A stretch of 64,000 bases of DNA from Malacoraja senta (Eukaryota). The notes beneath the pieces are model-generated. The model ran no database searches. It was not told where the DNA came from and saw nothing but the letters and a program-made list of their open reading frames with translations. Both the position numbers and the translations under genes were made by a program. The stretch covers positions 56,296,001 to 56,360,000 of the forward strand of contig CM075979.1 in NCBI GenBank assembly GCA_038087875.1, written 5' to 3'. Positions 60,701 through 64,000 of this stretch are shown here, one piece after another; position 1 is the stretch's first letter, and the number at the start of each line of letters is the position of its first letter.

Positions 60701-62725
60701 GACTTGCCAAAATGCAATGCCTCACACTCATCTGCATTAAACTCCATTCACCATTGCTCTGTCCATCGATCAAGATTCAACTGTAATTTTTGATAACCAT
60801 CTTCGCTATCTACAATACCACTCATCTGCAAACCTACTAATCAAGCCTTCCACATCCTCATCCAAGTTATTGATATAAACCACAAACAGCAATGGGCCCA
60901 ACACCAATCGCTGAAGCACAGGCCTCCAGTCCGAAAACCAGCCTTCCACCATCACCCTTTCCTTCCTTCCATGAAGCCAATTTTCTCTCGAGTCAGCTAG
61001 CACTCTCTGGATCCCATGATATCTAATCTTCATTAACAAGATATGTTTAGATAAGCTATTGATTATTTTTGTTTATTTTGCAGTTGTAGTTAATTAATAA
61101 TAGCTTAATGCACTTTTAATTAATTTTGATACTTTAAGTTTTCTTGTTTAAATCAATTTTGGCTGTGATCTTCAGAGGTATTTAAAACAGTGAAATGGGG
61201 TCTTGATAGCACAAATTGTCATCAGCCATGTGTCAATTGCCTGGTTGATGGGCATTTCCCACTGTGCTTGCATTGGGAGATGCATGGCAACCATAAGCAT
61301 TGTGTCCAAGCCAAGCAGTGGGTTAGATTAAACACGATCAGACCAATCCCTATTTCTGTGGGGGCCCTGGATCAGTATCACAAAATTGGCGTTGTACAAT
61401 TGAATATTTGATTTGAGTATCTGGAGCTTATTTGGACGTTGTTATAGGTTTATATTTATTTTGGGAAATATTGTGGAATATTCTGCAAAAATACATAAGT
61501 TATCAAAATAAGCCATTGTATGTATTCCCTAGATCCTGAACCACCAGTAGATTTGCAGTTTGTTGAACTGGATGAGAACACTATATATTTATATTGGAAG
61601 CTTCCAAGAGGGGATTTTGATATATTCGAGGTAAGTGAAGCGTCAACTTTGACGTGTTAAATTCAGCTACATTTTTATATTTGAAATTCAACTTCTTATA
61701 CGGAAAGCAGGTTACTAGGTGGGGTTTTCCGTTTCATGGTTGTGAATTTAATGTTGCCTGACTGTGATAAGCAAATGATGATCTTTCAGTGGAAATGAAG
61801 CCATATTTTAATATTTAATGAACAAGCATCATTATATGGCTCATCTAACAATGTGGGCTTACAGAGGCCTAGATTGAGTTTCTTATCATTCAAAATTAAT
61901 TATCGAACAATATATTTCTTTAGCCACATTGCAATGTTGTCCTAATAGTTAAATAGGTGTTCTGTAGATGTTTTTCAAGTATAAAACTAATTGTGGCTTT
62001 TATATCTAATTTACCATTATATGTTTAATTAATTATTTTAATTACCTTTAATCTTAATGTATTTGTTTTATTTCATAACTGAATCTCTTATCATGATAAC
62101 AGTTGATCACTTGAAGTGAGTAGCATGTTTATGTACCATTAGCTGAAGGGTATTTTAGATGACTTCACAGTAAGAAGAAACAGAATCTAGAGATGTATAT
62201 CTCTAATAGTTAATATTGTTAATATAGTCCAATTGCTCATATAGTTCAAATCTCTAATTCTAACCTACTGTTTATGTGATTAACATTTCTGAAAATACTG
62301 TACTATAATCTAAACATTATTTGTAGACTTGTTTTCGGGCTTTGTGCTAAATATCTTACATGGTAGTTTCTCAAGTCACCATGTAGAAAATTATTATGAT
62401 AACTTATTTTGGAAGTACCACCTTCTTTTACATACTTGGCAAATTAACTTATTTCAAGCATTTTCAGAAACGAGGAACATTTATCACATTGTTATAATTA
62501 CATTACAGCAGGTAAAACAGTGTTATTGACCCAAATTGTACTTTTTATTTTATACACAGTTAAGTTATTACTTACCAGGAATCAATGAAACAACAGACAG
62601 AACAACTTTACGAGGCAATAATATCAAGATCAAAGATCTAATTTCAGGAATAGAGTACGTTTTCCAAATAAAAACAGTTAAAGGCATGGATGTGAGTGAA
62701 GGAATCGAAAAGAGATTAAAAACAA
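24671..62725 (+). CDS. Uncharacterised multi-exon gene: signal peptide, 2 FN3, C-type lectin-like domain, at least 6 more FN3. 15 exons, ~870 codons, continues beyond the window; possibly linked to the PTPRQ locus.
   Basis: Exons 24671-24757, 27370-27516, 28186-28303, 28599-28856, 30377-30594, 33298-33478, 36489-36778, 48441-48713, 51182-51442, 55300-55430, 55688-55817, 57455-57608, 60176-60282, 61533-61630, 62560-62725. All introns are GT-AG, with phase-1 junctions at FN3 domain ends and repeated W...Y...LxPGxxY signatures. Confidence 0.85.
24990..25640 (+). mobile_element. Older Penelope-like element internal fragment
   Basis: Decayed HP...IPYS.FLRL and SLxxGPKQ..QV remnants in a C-rich strand typical of the family. 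Confidence 0.6.
25650..25797 (-). mobile_element. CR1-type LINE 3' end
   Basis: CATAAGGTCATAAG tail, TACTCCGCCATTCATTCATGGCTGATCTATC...CCCCATAACC. Confidence 0.8.
25800..27250 (+). mobile_element. Ancient Gypsy/Ty3 pol (RNaseH-integrase) relic, interrupted by duplication copy 2
   Basis: Decayed translations [11 protein letters not shown]...[29 protein letters not shown] and NGIRH...YHPAS...EERTV resemble Gypsy integrase core motifs (PWxRIHIDF, HGLPxxxVSDNGPQF, YHPASNGxAER). Confidence 0.7.
26416..26847 (+). repeat. 432-bp local direct duplication, copy 2
   Basis: Matches 23465-23896. Confidence 0.95.
27370..27516 (+). CDS. Exon 2, N-half of FN3 #1 ([49 protein letters not shown])
   Basis: tttttcag acceptor, gtgagt donor, open 147 nt. 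Confidence 0.8.
27544..27760. mobile_element. Inverted pair of Penelope pLTR fragments
   Basis: GCAGCATCTCTGGAGAGAAGGAATGGGTGACGTTTC is mirrored by GAAACGTCACCTATTCCTTCTCTTCAGAGACGCTGC. Confidence 0.85.
28186..28303 (+). CDS. Exon 3, C-half of FN3 #1 ([39 protein letters not shown])
   Basis: gttcag acceptor, gtaagt donor, phase 0-1. Confidence 0.8.
28599..28856 (+). CDS. Exon 4, FN3 #2 (...ASFDWSE...[14 protein letters not shown]...)
   Basis: ttttttcag acceptor, gtacga donor, 258 nt, phase 1-1. Confidence 0.88.
29141..29540 (-). mobile_element. Penelope-like element 3' fragment
   Basis: GTGCTGGAGTAACTCAACGG...CTTCAGGCTG, G-rich 3' UTR, AAATTGGAGATTTCAATG. Confidence 0.8.
29958..30003. repeat. 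Perfect 20-bp inverted repeat with 6-nt loop
   Basis: AGGTAACTCTACAAGACAGA-CCAGGC-TCTGTCTTGTAGAGTTACCT. Confidence 0.95.
30377..30594 (+). CDS. Exon 5, N-half of C-type lectin-like domain (CPPGW...CY...WKDASQFC...LWTGLND)
   Basis: Canonical long-form CTLD motifs; tag acceptor, gtaagt donor. Confidence 0.92.
31310..31850 (-). mobile_element. CR1-type LINE 3' fragment
   Basis: Reverse complement of a CR1 ORF2 C-terminus (AAGATCACCCC, CAAAACTCCAAGTGT). Confidence 0.8.
31960..32521 (-). mobile_element. Rex1/Babar LINE 3' fragment, inserted into a SINE tail
   Basis: (CAAGT)n tail; CTATTCCTGAACCTGG...TGTGTGGCCAGGATGGTGTGGGTCCTTGATGAT ([10 protein letters not shown] on the - strand). Confidence 0.85.
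32592..32820 (-). mobile_element. Penelope-like pLTR fragment
   Basis: GACGTTTTGGGTCGAGACCCTTCTTCAGAC. Confidence 0.85.
32825..33052 (-). mobile_element. HE1/V-SINE-type SINE (5' part; its 3' part is split off by the Penelope and Rex1 insertions)
   Basis: Reverse complement of the GGTGGCACAGTGGCACCG head and V domain. Confidence 0.82.
33298..33478 (+). CDS. Exon 6, C-half of C-type lectin-like domain (LQWTD...DCYAL...C...PYICE)
   Basis: ttctcag acceptor, gtaatt donor, phase 0-1. Confidence 0.9.
33557..33915 (+). mobile_element. Penelope-like element 3' fragment
   Basis: [22 protein letters not shown] followed by pLTR. Confidence 0.85.
34200..34580 (-). mobile_element. CR1/L2-clade LINE 3' fragment of a different family
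   Basis: The - strand translates [32 protein letters not shown] (SFFP..I..WN.L motif). Confidence 0.7.
35420..35972 (+). mobile_element. Young CR1-type LINE 3' end (open ORF2 C-terminus)
   Basis: [25 protein letters not shown]...[14 protein letters not shown]...[14 protein letters not shown]; (TTTCTATG)n-like tail. Confidence 0.95.
36178..36303 (+). mobile_element. Older Penelope pLTR fragment
   Basis: CAGATGCTGCCTGACCTGCTGAGTTACTC...CCAGCATCTGCAGTTCC. Confidence 0.75.
36489..36778 (+). CDS. Exon 7, FN3 #3, with apparent net -1 frameshift near 36700
   Basis: tttttcag acceptor and gtaagt donor give 290 nt, but a phase 1-1 exon needs a multiple of 3. Frame stops at TAA 36716-36718 after LKPGHH; the shifted frame continues YFTLMM...LNVKT. 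Confidence 0.8.
36880..38061 (+). mobile_element. Non-autonomous Helitron (1182 bp)
   Basis: Inserted between A (36879) and T (38062). 5' TCTCTATATTACTAAA, 3' CTAG, GC hairpin GGGACCC-GAC-GGGTCCC (38034-38050) 11 nt before the end, no TSD. Confidence 0.9.
38395..39300 (+). mobile_element. Rex1/Babar LINE RT fragment interrupted by a fold-back Penelope pLTR (38510-38678)
   Basis: Decayed HD.VA....IFKFA and [21 protein letters not shown]...LRNSFFP. Confidence 0.85.
39340..39665 (+). mobile_element. L2 LINE fragment truncated by the assembly gap
   Basis: [16 protein letters not shown]...[10 protein letters not shown]...[17 protein letters not shown]...HITPVL. Confidence 0.9.
39666..39865. other. 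Assembly gap (200 N)
   Basis: Run of n; true size unknown. Confidence 1.
43112..44064 (-). pseudogene. Tyrosine recombinase of DIRS copy C (253-aa open C-terminal part)
   Basis: [22 protein letters not shown] and FQQFY motifs. Confidence 0.92.
44058..47170 (-). pseudogene. Gag-RT-RNaseH-methyltransferase-like polyprotein of DIRS copy C
   Basis: GCCATGG start at 47170; ORF fragments 46949-47239, 46265-46636, 45484-46320, 44629-45255, 44361-44714 and 44058-44306. Confidence 0.92.
48441..48713 (+). CDS. Exon 8, FN3 #4 (PSPP...IVHWEPP...[11 protein letters not shown]...)
   Basis: ctag acceptor, gtaagt donor, 273 nt, phase 1-1. Confidence 0.92.
48900..49800 (-). mobile_element. Old L2-type LINE fragment
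   Basis: Purine-rich strand with decayed GAGATCATGGAGAA...GGATGC and TTCCTTTTTGG motifs; no ORF. Confidence 0.45.
50226..50805 (-). mobile_element. Solo LTR (580 bp) inserted in a Penelope fragment
   Basis: Termini TGTAAT...ATTACA, 5-bp TSD TCTCC (50221-50225 and 50806-50810), AATAAA on the - strand at 50304-50309. Flanks (~50030-50225 and 50806-50925) join into one Penelope 3' fragment. Confidence 0.82.
51182..51442 (+). CDS. Exon 9, FN3 #5 (...[11 protein letters not shown]...)
   Basis: tttttcag acceptor, gtaagt donor, 261 nt, phase 1-1. Confidence 0.9.
51630..51805 (+). mobile_element. Penelope pLTR fragment
   Basis: GTCTGAAGAAGGGTCCTGACCTGAAATGTC... Confidence 0.8.
52470..52645 (+). 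mobile_element. CR1-type LINE 3' end
   Basis: TTTTAAAGCGGAGATTGACAGG...CGAATGGTCTAATTCCACTCCTATG. Confidence 0.75.
53211..54177 (+). repeat. 65-bp direct repeat pair (53211-53275 and 54113-54177)
   Basis: CAAAATAAYGGTTCACAGTTTTCCTAAGTTCTGATCTAGTTATTATTTTCTATAGATTTAATAAG, one mismatch. Confidence 0.92.
54699..54960 (-). mobile_element. Penelope pLTR / 3' fragment (young subfamily)
   Basis: AAGAAGGAACTGCAGATGCTGG...AACGTTTCGGGCCGAAACCCTTCTTCAGAC. Confidence 0.88.
55121..55200 (+). mobile_element. SINE head (tRNA-derived part only)
   Basis: GGGTGGCACAGCAGTGCAGCAGTAGAGCTGCTGCCTTACAGCGCCAGAGACCCGGGTTTGATCC. Confidence 0.8.
55300..55430 (+). CDS. Exon 10, N-half of FN3 #6 ([38 protein letters not shown])
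   Basis: tatag acceptor, gtaacc donor, phase 1-0. Confidence 0.9.
55688..55817 (+). CDS. Exon 11, C-half of FN3 #6 ([14 protein letters not shown])
   Basis: tttcag acceptor, gtaagg donor, phase 0-1. Confidence 0.9.
56095..56345 (+). mobile_element. CR1-type LINE 3' end
   Basis: [14 protein letters not shown]...[11 protein letters not shown]; (TATGGTTA) tail. Confidence 0.88.
56535..56697 (+). mobile_element. Rex1-type 3' UTR fragment
   Basis: CTGTACCTCGGTACACGTTACAATAAA followed by (CTGAAA)n. Confidence 0.7.
57455..57608 (+). CDS. Exon 12, N-half of FN3 #7 ([23 protein letters not shown]...FDGYNL)
   Basis: ttttag acceptor, gtaaga donor, phase 1-2. Confidence 0.9.
58920..59695 (+). mobile_element. 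Penelope-like element 3' fragment with GIY-YIG C-terminus and inverted 5' piece
   Basis: [53 protein letters not shown] followed by pLTR. Confidence 0.88.
60176..60282 (+). CDS. Exon 13, C-half of FN3 #7 ([16 protein letters not shown])
   Basis: tgcag acceptor, gtgagt donor, phase 2-1. Confidence 0.88.
60440..61040 (-). mobile_element. CR1-type LINE RT fragment
   Basis: [27 protein letters not shown] on the - strand. Confidence 0.88.
61533..61630 (+). CDS. Exon 14, N-half of FN3 #8 ([32 protein letters not shown])
   Basis: ccctag acceptor, gtaagt donor, phase 1-0. Confidence 0.9.
62560..62725 (+). CDS. Exon 15, C-half of FN3 #8 ([17 protein letters not shown])
   Basis: cacag acceptor, gtaaga donor, phase 0-1. 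Confidence 0.9.
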
Positions 62726-64000
62726 GTAAGAGTTTTGAATATTATTCTTATTCTGCTCTATCCTCCAAGCAATTACCAAAGACATGCTGTAGGAAGGAAC
62801 TGCAGGTGCTGGTTTAAACCAACCAATGATATGCTGTATTTTCTCAGATTTTTCATGACCCTCTCTCATAACTTAAGAAAAGTTGTCAAGAATTTCTGAG
62901 GTGCTGCTACTGAAATCACGTCGTCAAGAGAGGTCCATTGTGCAAAAAGCAAATTTTTCATACCAAATGTCCTGAATCAATTTACAATCAATTAGTTTAT
63001 TTTTGTAGCTTTGTAGGGCTGGGCACAGCCACAGAATGAAGCTGCATCAGAGTACCCAGATAGGCAAAGACATGGATGGCAAAGAATTCAACAAAGTTGA
63101 TGAGTTGATTTTTGCAGCCAATATGGCATGAGATACACCTATACCTTGAAAACGAAAATTGGTGCATGAGTCCTCTTCTCTGTGAAGGAAGGAACTCATG
63201 GTTTATCGCCATTGGCATCCTGAAAGCTGTTGCAAATTCAATCCTTACCCTGTTCTGAGAATGATGATTTTTTTAACACGCTGGTAGATTTTTGTGAGGA
63301 TCTACTTATCAAAACAAAATCAAACCACACGCTATTCCTGGTTTAGGTCAGGGACTTCATGTCAGAATGAGCCGGGTGGATATTATTTCCCATGGAGACA
63401 TCACTTCTCTCCTCCTCCTCCTGTTTCAGCACCTTGCTGTGGTTTTCATGTTCACTGACGCACCAGACAAACGGAGGTCAGTGAACAAATGGTTTGTGCA
63501 AAGGTCCAGGGCACGAGAGTCCTTAGAGTCGCCACTACATTCTCTGTAGAGATTTTCAATTGGAGATAACTAAATGAAAACAGCAAGTATTTTGTAGAAT
63601 CATAGGAATGGAATGACTTTCAGAGGGATTTTAAATAGTCAATAAGTGGCTGATGGAGTTCCAAAGGTTTCACGATGATCAAAGATCAGGGAAACTAATA
63701 ATCGTAGTTTCTGGTTGACAATTTTCCATTTGATTCAAAATTAATTTTTCAATCCTGTAATCCATGTACACTAGTGTAGATTTACTATATTAATCCATGC
63801 TTATATAATCTCCACTGCACATATTATGCATGCCACACATTCCACTAGTAATCCAGTCCAGGTTTTGGGCTGCCCTTGGCAGTCGGTCGGTTTTGTTACT
63901 GTAAGCTGAACTTGGATGATTTCGAAATGCATTGTTGTGTATGATTTTCTCTCTCCTTTATATCTTAATAAAAGACTAATGGTTCATTCTTGACTTTGTA

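Noticed and set aside
24671-62725. Naming the FN3 gene PTPRQ or PTPRB
   Set aside because: No transmembrane or phosphatase domain in the window, and a C-type lectin domain is not part of the canonical proteins; symbol withheld.
63430-63549. Possible exon 16 after CCTGTTTCAG
   Set aside because: The required phase-1 frame hits TGA within ten codons and no frame looks like FN3.

Overview
Vertebrate genomic DNA, almost certainly a cartilaginous fish and probably a skate or ray. This is inferred from the repeat profile: HE1/V-SINEs, Penelope pLTR fragments, and CR1 and Rex1 LINEs. Two + strand host genes can be rebuilt by hand from GT-AG exons. (1) The last five coding exons of an otogelin-family gene, most likely OTOGL (545-18317), ending in a cystine knot. 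(2) The first 15 exons (24671-62725, running off the window) of an uncharacterised signal peptide-FN3-FN3-C-type lectin-(FN3)x6+ gene, lying where PTPRQ or its upstream neighbour is expected. Its exon phases are consistent except for one apparent frameshift in exon 7. The introns hold three DIRS1-type tyrosine-recombinase retrotransposons with complete ITR/ICR termini, one nested inside another. They also hold a near-intact Passport-like Tc1 transposon, a non-autonomous Helitron, a solo LTR, a Gypsy relic, and many LINE, SINE and Penelope fragments; a MITE sits in the OTOGL 3' UTR. The most novel signal is in two divergent DIRS copies: a conserved phase-0 splice donor at the Gag/RT boundary and a phase-0 acceptor exactly where the recombinase frame opens. 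This predicts that the whole RT-RNaseH-methyltransferase block is an alternative intron, giving Gag-Pol unspliced and Gag-recombinase spliced. A 200-N gap lies at 39666-39865. All coordinates were read by eye, and repeat boundaries are approximate unless a TSD or terminus is quoted.
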